From Felis catus (lineage: Eukaryota), in contig NC_058368.1 in the NCBI RefSeq assembly GCF_018350175.1, positions 78,618,001 to 78,682,000 on the forward strand: 64,000 bases of DNA, written 5' to 3'. The notes under the pieces are model-generated. The model did no database searches. It saw only the letters and a program-made list of their open reading frames with translations, and was not told the DNA's origin. This document shows positions 52,426 to 64,000 of the stretch, piece after piece. How positions within the stretch are numbered: position 1 is the first letter of the stretch; every line of letters begins with the position of its first letter. A program made the position numbers and the translations under genes.

Positions 52426-54298
52426 AACTATGTGCTTTGGTTTCTAAAAGAAAAAGGAGATTAAGGTCAATTGGTGGGTGGAGATGTGGTTCTCAAAAAA
52501 AGGTTTTCTTTTTTTAAGCTAGGAAATACTTGGGTTTTTAATTCACTGTATCTACTTCCTCATCTTTGAAAACTCAAACCCATCTATGCTTCCACTTGTT
52601 GTCATTCTAGGCTATGTGTTGGGACTTAAAACAAACAAAAAACCCTTTGAGCATCATCCAATTGCTGGAGAAATTAAAATAATGACAGAATAATGGCAAT
52701 AATGGTGATGACCTTGAAGTTTCAGAAGAGCCTTGACATAGAGGAAACAGGTTTTCACCAATTGCCACAAATAAACTCATGCGAGATCAGTACCTCTAAC
52801 ATCATGTTCTAAGAGTGGTTGTTATATGGAAACGACCCTCTTGTGCCACGCTTTGAAAACTTCTGTTCCAATCCACAGTAGGGTTATCTTTTTCCTTCTA
52901 AGGAGAAAGTGTCATACACGCACCGAGTCTGTTGGAATGATTCTTATTGACATATCTTTCGAAAACTCTCTAGAGGTCGTTGTGGACAGTTCAGTAAACA
53001 TGTCATCTCTGCAGATAGATGTCGTTAAAAAAAGTGAGTTGGGAGCCGCGCTCCACTTAGAAACAGGATGATACAAAGCCAAAGGGGAATTATGACACTG
53101 CATGAATCAATGGTACGTTCTCAGTACTGCTCCCAGTTTTGTTTGATTCAGCATAAAAAAGGTCTTTGGCTCATAGGAAGTGGTCAAGGGAGGAATAAGT
53201 AAAAGGCGAAAGCTTCAGGGTCCTCTGAGTAAGGAGAAGATAGAAGAGGCTTGAATTATTTATTGTCTGGAGGGGAGGAGTGACAGCAGAGACAGACATA
53301 AATGAATGAATGGTTTTGTGGAAATCAATTGGCCATTCTTTTTCATTCAGGCTTTTAGCAGAAGAGGAAGACACTTATCTAAGTGGCTGAAAACACATCT
53401 GACATGGATGAGGGATATGCCTCTTGGAGCCTCGTATTTTAAGCACATAAAAGCCAGTTCTGCGGAGTATCTTTGAGAGGAGAAAATCATTTGAAGGTTG
53501 AATTGTTTCCTAAATTTCTGGTTCATTATGCTCTCCTCTGAACCACTTTACCTGTGAGGTTCAGCTCTGGGGACTGACTGAAACCCTTCCCACAGAGCAC
53601 TCGTGACTAGAATCACACGTCACTTTGCCTTTTCTCATCTTGGGAGATCCTAGACAAGTATTTTTTAAAACATTAAAAAAAATTCCAGTATAATTAACAT
53701 ACGGTGCTAGATTGATCCTGGTCAAGTGTTAACCTCTTTGTTTTCTCATCTGGAATCCATGGAGTAGAAACATGTGTGGTGGGCCACGAAGCCAGTTGAC
53801 GATGGGCCCAGCAAAGTGTCATGGCACTCTCTGTCCAGGTGAACCGAGGTCACAAGCATGGCCTCGTGGGTGATGGAGGCAGCTTGTGTCTTCCACAGCC
53901 ACCTGTTACTTATAGGACCACTTGGGCCAGTCTTAGCATGTTTTAACTACTGCCCCGTTTTTTCTGTTTTATCTTTAGTATTTCACTTAATTTCTCTAGG
54001 GCTTGGTTCTTGATGTCCTGGTTTGAAAAGTATAGCCAATAACACCATCCTTAGTCACTTTGCTGGTATATGTGGAAGTCAGGAAGTTCATTACTCTCCC
54101 CCTCCACTCCCTTTACCCACCATGCATCCCTCCGTCTCTGTATTCAGGACCGGGTCTTCCCTGAATCACCTGCTTATGCTGAGGCTGCACCCGGTCTGGC
54201 AGGGTATGGAGCCCCTCAGGCAAAGAAAGAGCAATCATCCATCCAATGAACCTGGTTTGGTGTTAGAACGAAATTCACATTAATAATATCAGGCACAT

Positions 54299-54545
54299 GG
54301 AGCGCCTGGTTGGCTTAGTCAGTTACGCGTCCGACTTCGGCTCAGGTCATGATCTCACGGTTCGTGGGTTCGAGCCCCACGTCGGGCTCTGTGATGACTG
54401 CTTAGAGCCTGGAGCCTGTTTCAGATTCTGTGTCTCTTCTCTCTGCCCCTTCCTAACTCATGCTCTGTCTCCCTCTGTCTCAAAAATAAATAAACATTAA
54501 AAGAAATTTAAAAAAAATTTCTAAAAAAATTTTTCTAAAAAAAAT
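54299..54545 (+). mobile_element. CAN SINE
   Basis: Imperfect TSD TAATATC(A/G)GGCA. Confidence 0.93.
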
Positions 54546-55006
54546 AATATCGGGCATATGTTAATGACACAGTAATATTTGATAAATGAAAATAAGTCAT
54601 CAATAGTAATTAGTTCACATAATGACCATCATTAATATGCTTTAATGAAACCATCTTTTAAACGGTGTTGCTCTATATTTCCCTGGTATCTACAATAATT
54701 TTTTTGTGTTGCAAGTGACCTCTGAACCTTGTAACGTTTAGTACATACTCTGTTTCTTGGCCCCTTCTTAAGGCCCCAGTGTGTTTCTGGACGTGCAGAG
54801 ACATCAGTCTCATGCAGACCTCCTTGCTCCCCTCCCCATCAGACCTCCCACAGAGTAAGGAGCACCGTCTCACTGGTCTACGTGGACTCTTGGGGTAAAG
54901 GCTCCATGGCAGTTCTCACCAATGGTGACTGTGGTGCACACATACTGAGCTGCTTATAAAGACAGTGTGAGAAAGAAATCCTTATAAGGCGTGGGATTAA
55001 ATTGTC

Positions 55007-55094
55007 TTGGGCTGGGTCGCTTGGTCGGTTGAGTGTCCAGCTCTTGATTTCGGCTCAGGTCGTGATCTCACGGTTCATGAGTTCGAGCCCCGAG
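55007..55094 (+). mobile_element. Partial CAN SINE (tRNA-like part only)
   Basis: CTCTTGATTTCGGCTCAGGTCGTGATCTCACGGTTCATGAGTTCGAGCCCC. Confidence 0.85.
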
Positions 55095-56577
55095 TCTTTC
55101 TTCTCCTAATGCTCTCACCTCCCATGCTCTCCATGGAGGTCCTGCTCCGGTGAGGCTGGGACCCTGACGCCTCAGCTCCGAGAAAGCGTGCTCCCACCCC
55201 GTCTGTCCTACGAGCTCCTCCATCAGCTTCCTGATTCTCCACAGATCCCACTGCTGTGATTGGACATGCTGTTGACAGGTCCTCACTGGCTCCCTGTGGC
55301 AGAGCGAAAAATGGAGGACTGTTTCCTCCCTTAGAAATGTTCTGATTCCACTTGCTGTAGTCTCATTTTCGATTTTCCGCCTTAATGTGTGTTTGGGTTG
55401 ATCCAAATGAACTCTGCAAATGATTTCTGGTTTTCTGTGATTGCTGCCTTTCTTCTGTTTTTGCCCCCCCCCCCCTGTTTGAAATGGAGAAATGTCTTCT
55501 TGTCTTTGAATTTCCAGATTTTGCTTATTATCAGCGTTCAGGTCACATGCCGCGGAGTTGTACTCGGCCTCCAAGTACTCAATTGTCCTTACATCGGAAT
55601 TAACGTAGCGCTTTATCTGTTTTGCTTTAAAGCTAGGTATGTTTAGGACTGTCCTCTTTACCCTGGGGAATAAGCATTAGGTGTGCAGTGCGGTGACTGA
55701 TGACACTTGTAGCCATCAAATGTGTGCATACTGAACTTTGCATGTAGCAGGGTCTTCATAGTATATTTGAACGAGTGAATGAAAGGTCGAGTCCCTTGCA
55801 TGGCAGGCCCCTTGGGGTGCTCTGTGGATGTACCTGTGAGCAAAACTAGAGGCGGTCCTTCCCTAAAGGGGTGCGTGGTCTGTGGGGGGGGGGCGGAGAG
55901 AAGGGAAGCGTGTTCACTGAAGTGTCCAGTTAGTCATGGGAATAGGGTTGTATGGGAAACTGCTTCACACCCATGTCAGGTACGTGGAGATGGAAAAATT
56001 AAAATGCAAGAATTGGATTCCTTGGTCTGTGCTAGCATCCAAGGGGGCACACTGAACCTCCCTGCTCCAGGAGTGTGCTCTCTGGTCCGGCGGGTCAACA
56101 CCTTCTGCGGGTGGTCAGCCATGTTGGCATGTGCCCCGTGAGAAGCACAGAGTACTGTCACTGTGCCGGAACTTTCCCTCATGTGTATGAATGCTCAACT
56201 GTGTGGTTACATCTTTGTGACCAGGGACATTTGCTTCTACCTTTTTATGTCTTGGTTCATAGCCACGTGCACTGAAGGCCCTCACTTTGTTTACTGAGGA
56301 CTGACTAACTGACGGGAATGTTCGCGCACAGCATATAGGAGCAGAGGAGGGAAGCTTCCTGAAATTTAAAAATGTATTATTTTAAAATAAGTAATATATA
56401 ATAATAAATATTCACTATAATTATAACAATAAATATTCACTATGATATAGAAGTTTAAACCTTCCTTCTACTAGTGGAAATAACCTACCTTTTCACGGCA
56501 GAAGAGAAAAGAAGTCCGTGCTCTAAAGGGATGTATCCTTTAGCAGGAAAAAAAGAAAAGATCATCATGAACTTCTA

Positions 56578-57130
56578 TGTTATATGAGTCACCTGGTTCC
56601 CATTGACAGAAAATCAACTTATAAGGGTTTAAGGTTTAAGCACAGAAGGGAATTTATTGGCTTTCATATGTGGCAAATGGCCCTTGTACCTGGAAAGTCC
56701 AATTCAGTTGGCTTCATATACTAATGCATTTGGAATCTGGGGGCTTTAACTTATATTATTTTTTCTGTCTCTGTCTGTCTCCTTTTTTTCTCTTTCTGTT
56801 TCTGCCTCTATTTTTCTCTTTCTCTGAGTCAGAAGATAGGAGCCTTGATAGCACATATCTACATCCTAGTGGATTGATAATAAAAAATAAGACAGGGTCT
56901 TTTTTTTTTTAATCTCCTTATGTTCATCTATTAAATCTCATGGAAGAGTCCTGAATTGTCCACACTATGATCATATCCCGTACTGGGACCAGTCATCGAT
57001 CTTCAATGTACAGGCCATTGTGATGGGCCCAACCTAGGTCATCTTTCCAGCCCTGCAAGTTGAGTTGGGTAGCCTTTGTAATAACCCCACTAGGACCATG
57101 TGCAGGGAGAGAGGGGAGGTGATTTCCAGA
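56578..57130. mobile_element. MaLR (MLT1-like) LTR relic
   Basis: TGACAGAAAATCAACT...AGAAGGGAATTTATTGGCT resembles recalled MLT1 ends. Confidence 0.5.
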
Positions 57131-59737
57131 AGGAAGGTTCTCCCAGAAGAAATAATGGGGCTCACTGATAGTCTCAGATTCTGTACCAGAGTAACAGAAA
57201 GTCATGAGTAAAGATGCAAGGCATGGAAAAGACTGGTTCGTTTGTATGGTGCACTAATTAATAATAATATTCAGCGGGCAAGGTGGAACCCAGGGGTGAA
57301 GGGCTTGAGGACTTTGATGAGCTTTGTTTCTTATACCATTATTTTAGGTTAGTATTAAGGCAGGCTTTCTCTTTTTTCTTTTTCACCACGAGCAGAGCAG
57401 AGTGGTGAAAGAAACCAAGGATGTTTAATGCAATAATTACGACCTGAGATGAGGAGGGTCCTTATGCTGGACATGGGGATGTTTATCTGTGAATCATAGT
57501 CTGTGTTTTGACCTTGTGTTTTAAGTTGACCTTGAAGAATTTCTTTTATCTGAATGTACCTTATAAATTACTGCAAAGGGCAGTGGAAATCGTTTAAAAA
57601 CACAAACTATAAACTAGAAATTCTCTTTTAACCTAGAAACGATGATAGACATTTTAGCATATGATGTTTTCCCCTAAATTTATCCTATTACAAGGAAAGG
57701 CGGGGGGAACCAGAGTCTATAAAGCCAAAATTAAATATTAAATGTGCAGTTCAGTTTTGTTTCAGCTCATTTCAGGACTGAAAATATTTTATATCAAAAT
57801 AGTGTCAGTTATCAAATATTTTATATGAAAGTAACATTTGGAACAAAAATCTTTGCAGGGCTTAGGGAAACGATGAGATAAAAAAAAATTACTTATGGCC
57901 ATGAAATTACAGTTGCCCTGACACATACACACAAGCTTTCAAATAAAAGTAAATACATTTGGAGAGGAGCTGTTAATGCACAGCATTTGGTCATTGCTGT
58001 CTACTTTTTATTTGCAATGCTTGTTTTATAGCACTGCTTCAGGACTTAGGCTAAAGGCATCCAGGAAGCTGCATGATTGACTGGTGGGGTCATGGAGCCA
58101 GTCAGGGCTCAGCTTCCTAAAGAGGAACCAGTGGGTTGAAACTGGCAGGTATCCCATTCTGAGACAGTCAGGAACACTAGGGAATTTGCCTATTAGAAAC
58201 ATTGCCCGGCAGGAATAGAGTGAGCAGAGTCTCTTCCAGCCAGAATTAAAGATGTGTGTCTAGGAAAGGTGAAATGTGCGGATGTGGATTAAGAACGGAA
58301 AATTGTTTAAAGTTTGGGGGCCCAAACGTGTATATTTGGGGTAGAGGGTCTAAATCTGTTTTATTGAGAATGAACCAAAAGAGAGGTTCTCTTTTGAGCT
58401 CCCCAGGAATTCGAGCTTGTCTGAGACTGTTTAATTCCAGAGCATCGCCGTCTCTTGGATGGACAGGGATGTGATCAGAGCCATCTTGGTGACGCCCAGT
58501 AGTGGGACCATGGTGTTTAGAAAGGCAGGGCACTCAGGAAAAGTCAGGACTTGATTTTAGCAATATGGCATGCCATCAGAAGCGTTTGAGAACAGCCAGT
58601 AGTAGGAAGTTCTGATCTTAAAGGGTCCAGACTTCTCCAGACAAGTTCTCATGAGTGTATATCTGATATAATAGCTAGTTGATATTTAGAGGTGGGGCTC
58701 CAAATGACCAGACTCTGGGGATCCTAAATGTCGTTGAGTTGTCTTCTGAAAAGGAGCAGGGTCATTCAGTGCTCTACACATCAAGGTAAATCTTGGTTCT
58801 GGGCATTAGCACACGGGCATGATTTTGGAACCACCTATGACACAGTGTAGAGCGGTCATGACATGACCTTCCATCAACCATAGATTTGATTAGACATGTG
58901 GGTCCACTTGGATAATGAACCGGAAGCATTACCTCAAGGTGATAACCTTCAGATTTATTGCTACCCTGAAACAAATTCTGGAAAGAATTAGGACTATAAG
59001 TCTACCAAAAAGCTGTTTATCATAATCAAATCACTTGTTAATAAGGAAATATTAAATGTACAAAAATATAGGTTGATGTGTAAAAAAAATATACTCCAGA
59101 GTATGCAGCAATTTTTATGTCCTCTGTATTTGTTTTATTTCCAATTTAATTTAAAGAGAGAACATCTTTCACATTCTCTCATTAGAAAAGCATGCCCTAA
59201 TAATTGCACAGAAACTGAAGAAGTGATCCCTTGATATGTAAATGAAAAAATTTAAAGACAGCCAGTAGTGAGATGAAAAGCATTGTTGATTTTCTTAAAA
59301 AGAATTTAAATTATTTGAGTCTGTCTCTCCATTATTCAGAGAAATGTTTCAGTGCAGGATTCTACAAAACAGGCGTTGTAGACCTACATCCCGAGATATT
59401 TTAGGGCATAGCATCTATATCTTCTTTGCCAAATGTAATTTCTTTTTACTATTTTTCACTCCACGAAGAGGGATATGAACCTGCAGCTTGATTACAAAGA
59501 TGTTAAAATCTAGCACTTTTTAAAGACTTCAACCCTTCAGAAGAAGTTTTCTTTTTTAAGGCTCTGGGGGAGTATGTTGAAATTGATTATACTCTTGTCT
59601 TTGAAAATCCTCACTGTTCCTTTGTTTCATTGTCATTGTATATGCAGTAAAAATAACTCTGGAAGCACATTATAACAATAGATTCTGAGAATAAAGCTTC
59701 TGCAAGGACAATGGTTGGGAACATAGACGTGAGTGAT

Positions 59738-59795
59738 TGTGCGCACGCGCACACACACACACACACACATGCACATGCACACACACACACACACA
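59738..59795. repeat. Imperfect (CA)n microsatellite
   Basis: Direct reading. Confidence 0.9.
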
Positions 59796-59937
59796 GGTGT
59801 GCTCAACACCTGTTTGTGCACATATGCTAATTTCCGCCCCGGACAACTGACTTATGCTTCTCAGACTTCATAACAAACGTTTTATAAAGTGGGATAAGCA
59901 AGTTTGCAACTATTTTCATGAAATACTTAAGCCATTT

Positions 59938-60001
59938 TATTTATTTTAGAAAAAAAATTTTTAGAGAGAGGGAGAGAGCATGTGAACAGGGGAGAGGGAT
60001 G

Positions 60002-60088
<87 letters not shown>

Positions 60089-60190
60089 CTTAAGCAGGCT
60101 GCATGCTCAGTGCAGAGCCCAATGTGGGGCTTGATCCTGAGCCAAAATCCAGAGTCAGATGCTTAACCAACTGAGCCACCCAGGGGCCCC
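59938..60190 (-). mobile_element. CAN SINE with long (GA)n
   Basis: Antisense body. Confidence 0.92.
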
Positions 60191-60257
60191 TAAACTCTAT
60201 ATATTTTTTAAACTCCTGTGATACAGCCCCTTGTGTCTTATTCTCTTTTCCCCCCAC

Positions 60258-60494
60258 TTTTTTTTTATTTTTAAAAAAAAATTTTTTTTTCAACGTTTAT
60301 TTTATTTTTGGGACAGAGAGAGACAGAGCATGAACGGGGGAGGGGCAGAGAGAGAGGGAGACACAGAATCAGAAACAGGCTCCAGGCTCCGAGCCATCAG
60401 CCCAGAGCCCGACGCGGGGCTCGAACTCACGGACCGCGAGATCGTGACCTGGCTGAAGTCGGACGCTTAACCGACTGCGCCACCCAGGCGCCCC
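60258..60494 (-). mobile_element. Young CAN SINE
   Basis: CpG-intact; TSD CCCCCACTTTTTTTT. Confidence 0.95.
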
Positions 60495-60504
60495 CCCCCC
60501 ACTT

Positions 60505-61780
60505 TTTTTTTAATGGTGGTAAAACACATAAAATAAAATTTACTAGCTTAACCATTTTAAGTGTATCATTCACTAGTTAAGCATATTCACGCTGTTGTGA
60601 CACAGGGCTCCAGAAGTTTTTCATCTTTAAGATCTGATACTCTGGGCTCATCAAACAACAACTCTCCCTGTCTCCCTCTTTCCAGCCCCTGGTAACCAGC
60701 ATTCTCATTTATTTCTGGTAACCAGCATTCTCATTTCTTATTCTCATATATCACACAGTATCTGCCATTTTGTGCCTGGTTTACTTCCTATAGCATATTG
60801 TCAGGGTTCATCCATTTTATAGCATGTGGTAGGATTCCTTTCCTTTTTCAGGCTGTGTAATATTCCATCGTATGGATAGACCACATTTATTTATCCATTC
60901 ACCCATTAGTGACATTTCGGTTGCCTCCATCTCTTGGCCATTGTGAGCTATGCTGCAGTGAACAGAGGTGTTTAAACGTATCTTTAGAGATCCTGCTTTC
61001 AGTGTTTTGGATATAACCGGAAGTGGGATTGCTGGACCCTCCGGCAGTTCCATTTTTAATTTACTGTGGAAACTCCAAACTGTTTTCCGTCGTAAACCAT
61101 TTTACATTCCTACCAAGAGCGCACAAGGGTTTCAATCTCTCCACATCCTTGCCAACACTTATTTTCTGCCCCGCCCTTTTTTCAGGGGTGGGTGATGGGT
61201 AAGAGCCATTCTAATGGGTATGAGGTGATGATTTATTGCAGTTGTGATGTGCGGTTCACTGAGAATTGTGAGCTTCTTAATATTCTTAACAAATATGCTT
61301 GTTGGAAATTTGTGTTTCATCTTTGGAGAAATGTCTGTTTAAGTCCTTTGCCCATTTTTAAATTTGCTTGTTTAATTTTTAGATTATTGAGTTGTAAGGG
61401 TGTTTTTTTATATTTTGGGTATTAACCCCTTATCAGATATATAATTTACAAGTATCTTCCTCCCTTCCTTAGGTTGCCTTTTTACTGTGTTGTGTCCTTC
61501 GATGCATAAAAATTTGCATATTCATCCATTTTGTCAATTTTTGCTTCTGTCGGCTGTGTTTGTGGTGTCCTATCCGAGAAATCATTGCCAGGTGCAGTGT
61601 CCTAAAACTTCTGTTTTCTTCTATGAGTTTTGTACTTTTGGGTCTTATGTTTACGGCTTTAATAAATTTTTGTTAATTTTTGCATATGATAGAAGGTTAG
61701 GGCCCAACTTTATTCTTTTTTAAATTTTTTTTAAGTTTGTTTCCTTATTTTGAGAGAGAGACAGTGCAAACAGGGGAGGG

Positions 61781-61824
<44 letters not shown>

Positions 61825-61970
61825 CTAAGCAGGCTCCGCACTGTCAGTGTAGAGCCCAACGTGGGGCTTGAACCCATGAACCGTGAGATCATGAACTGAG
61901 CCGAAATCAAGAGTCCGATGCTCAACTGACTGAGCCACCCAGGCGCCCCCCCAACTTTATTCTTTTGCAG
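60505..61970 (-). mobile_element. Old L1 3' region (L1MA/MB-like), interrupted by a SINE
   Basis: AAAATTTACTAGCTTAACCATTTTAAGTGTA start; TGGAGAAATGTCTGTTTAAGTCCTTTGCCCATTTTT. Confidence 0.88.
61716..61949 (-). mobile_element. CAN SINE
   Basis: TSD CCCAACTTTATTCTTTT. Confidence 0.95.
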
Positions 61971-62083
61971 GTGCGTCTTATTATTTCTTGTGCTGCTATG
62001 ACTTGTAGATTTTGGAAACCTACATCATTAGGTATATTCAGCCTATAGACATACATTTCGCATCTCCAAAAAAATGTCTTCTC

Positions 62084-62310
62084 GGGGCGCCTGGGTGGCG
62101 CAGTCGGTTAAGCGTCCGACTTCAGCCAGGTCACGATCTCGCTCGCGGTCCGTGAGTTCGAGCCCCGCGTCGGGCTCTGGGCTGATGGCTCAGAGCCTGG
62201 AGCCTGTTTCCGATTCTGTGTCTCCCTCTCTCTCTGCCCCTCCCCCGTTCATGCTCTGTCTCTTTCTGTCCCAAAAATAAATAAACGTTGAAAAAAAATT
62301 AAAAAAAAAA
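62084..62310 (+). mobile_element. Young CAN SINE
   Basis: GGGGCGCCTGGGTGGCGCAGTCGG head; GTCTTCTC on both flanks. Confidence 0.95.
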
Positions 62311-62850
62311 GTCTTCTCTTTGGTGTAAACCGTGAAAGTTAATAGAAAATGAGAGAAAAAATATATATAATCTTACTTGTATTAGTTTGTGTTCCCTAGA
62401 AGCAGAGTCTTGGGAGAGGGCTTCAGGAGCACACGGCAATATGCAGAGGGAATGTTCATCAGGGAAATCCCATAGGGAGTGAGGGAAGCAAGGCATAGAA
62501 CATAAATCGTATACATTTGAGGTCTTTGAGAGGAGGCATCCCCCAAATTGAAACATAAGCTGGTGGAATTGACATCGAATTCGTACCTGTAAATTCAGAT
62601 AAATGCGCATTCTTACCTACAAACGATAAAATGTATTTTCGTTCTTTTCACGGGGGAAATTGGAGCACTTATTTTTATTTTTATTTCATTCTGATGATTT
62701 ATTATCCTCATGGAAAAACAGGGTGACAAGTTTTTCTTTATAAGTGTGCCCACAATATGTTGGACCTTTGGCCAGAATCCAGTCTATTCTCAGCCTTTTG
62801 AGGTATACTCTTGGAAGACAAAAGCATATCCACCAATATCTAGTTCATTA

Positions 62851-62852
<2 letters not shown>

Positions 62853-62891
<39 letters not shown>
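62853..62891. repeat. (AAT)n microsatellite
   Basis: Direct reading. Confidence 0.95.
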
Positions 62892-62893
<2 letters not shown>

Positions 62894-63235
62894 TGAGTCC
62901 AGCAAAATGGGCACCATTTGCTAACTTTCTTGCCTTGTTGGTGCCCTGTGGTGACAGCTATCCTGCACCAAACAGTAGGTGGGCAGTGTTCTAAGAAGGG
63001 ACCGTTCTCATGCTGGTTCCTGGAATTTGGAATCTGCCCTGACCGCAGCATGTCAGAGTCCATCCTGAGTGGTCTTGATGAGCCACGTAATCTCACCTCG
63101 ACATGTTGCCACAGAATGTGGTTAAAGAAAATGCCAACCTGTTTTCTGAATGCCTGCACTATTTTACGTTCTCAGCATCAAAGTGGAGAGGTCCTGCTTC
63201 TCCACATCCTTGCCAGTATTTGGTATTGTCACTAG

Positions 63236-63453
63236 TTTTATTTTTTTTAAGTTTTTTTAATGCTTGTTTATTTTTTGAAAGAGAGAGAGCGCACAAGCTG
63301 GGGAGGGGCAGAGAGAAATGGAGACAGAAGATCTGAAGTGGGCTCCACACCGACAGCACAGAGCCCAACGTGGGGTTCGAACCCACGGACTGTGAGATCA
63401 TGACCTGAGCCAAGGGTGGACACTTAACTGACTGAGCCACCCACGGGGCCCCC
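63236..63453 (-). mobile_element. CAN SINE within an old L1 fragment (about 63100-63650)
   Basis: TSD CACTAGTTTTAT; flanks read TCTCCACATCCTTGCCAGTATTTGGTATTGTC (L1-like). Confidence 0.92.
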
Positions 63454-63655
63454 CACTAGTTTTATGTTTGTTTCAGCTCTTCTGATACATGCGTAGTGAT
63501 GGGTCACTGCTTCCGGTGGGCATCTCCCTAATGGCTGGTGCTGTCGGAGGTCTCTTCCTATGCTTGGCTGTCATCCATCTGTGCCCCTGAAACATCCGTC
63601 ACTCTTCTGCCATTCTCCAGTTGGACCACCTGCCTTTTTGCTGCTGAAAGTTAAG

Positions 63656-63663
63656 GCGCGCGC

Positions 63664-63707
<44 letters not shown>
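63656..63707. repeat. (GC)n-(TG)n alternating purine-pyrimidine tract
   Basis: Direct reading. Confidence 0.93.
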
Positions 63708-63708
<1 letters not shown>

Positions 63709-63721
63709 GTAGAGGTGATTC

Positions 63722-63944
63722 TTTTCTTTTTTCTTTTTTTTTAATATCTATTTACTTTTGAGAAAGAGAGAGCGAGAGCACGGGAGGGGCAGAGAGAGAG
63801 AGAGAGAGGGAGACACAGAATCCGAAGCAGCTCCAGGCTCCCAGCTGCTGGCACAGAGTCCGACGTGGGGCTTGAACTCACGAACGGTGAGATCATGACC
63901 CCAGCCAAAGTCAGACGCTTGACCGACTGAGCCACCAGGTGCCC
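63722..63944 (-). mobile_element. CAN SINE
   Basis: TSD AGAGGTGATTCTTT. Confidence 0.95.
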
Positions 63945-64000
63945 CAGAGGTGATTCTTTGTGAGACAGGTGGTTACAAGTACTTTTCCCCAGAGGTGCCA

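Noticed and set aside
55068..55574. 168-aa minus-strand ORF
   Set aside because: Non-ATG start, ends in a SINE fragment, no recognisable protein similarity.
60689..60736. 22-bp direct repeat CTGGTAACCAGCATTCTCATTT
   Set aside because: Ordinary local slippage duplication inside an old L1.
1..64000. Many 60-130 aa ORFs with motifs such as MAQSVKRPTSAQVMISRFVSSSP, ERERE or LSLSL
   Set aside because: They are translations of CAN SINEs and microsatellites, not genes.
40799..64000. MYO16 exon 2 (CFQLCNVFRSHEMEIDQC...)
   Set aside because: Not found by eye in this window; presumably further downstream.

Overview
Mammalian genomic DNA from a felid, judged by the dense feline-type tRNA-derived CAN SINEs and carnivore L1s. 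The window appears to cover the 5' end of MYO16 (myosin XVI) on the + strand. A 28-nt first coding exon segment (ATG at 40771, MSHYHFIKC, then GTAAGT) matches my recollection of the long MYO16 isoform N-terminus, and a probable alternative non-coding first exon ends at a GTAAGT donor at 5842. I did not find exon 2 in the window. The rest is intronic or upstream DNA dominated by about 45 SINEs, young and old L1s, L2/MIR relics, LTRs, a Tigger element, microsatellites and one 18-bp minisatellite. Nearly all ORF-track entries are repeat-derived or spurious. I see no convincing novel multi-gene system. The most interesting signals are mechanistic: an apparent SINE-mediated 3' transduction, a SINE-SINE recombination tandem duplication containing it, a twin-primed L1 nested in a SINE tail, and a uORF-dense MYO16 leader. 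Repeat boundaries are approximate and subfamily names come from memory, not from a database search.
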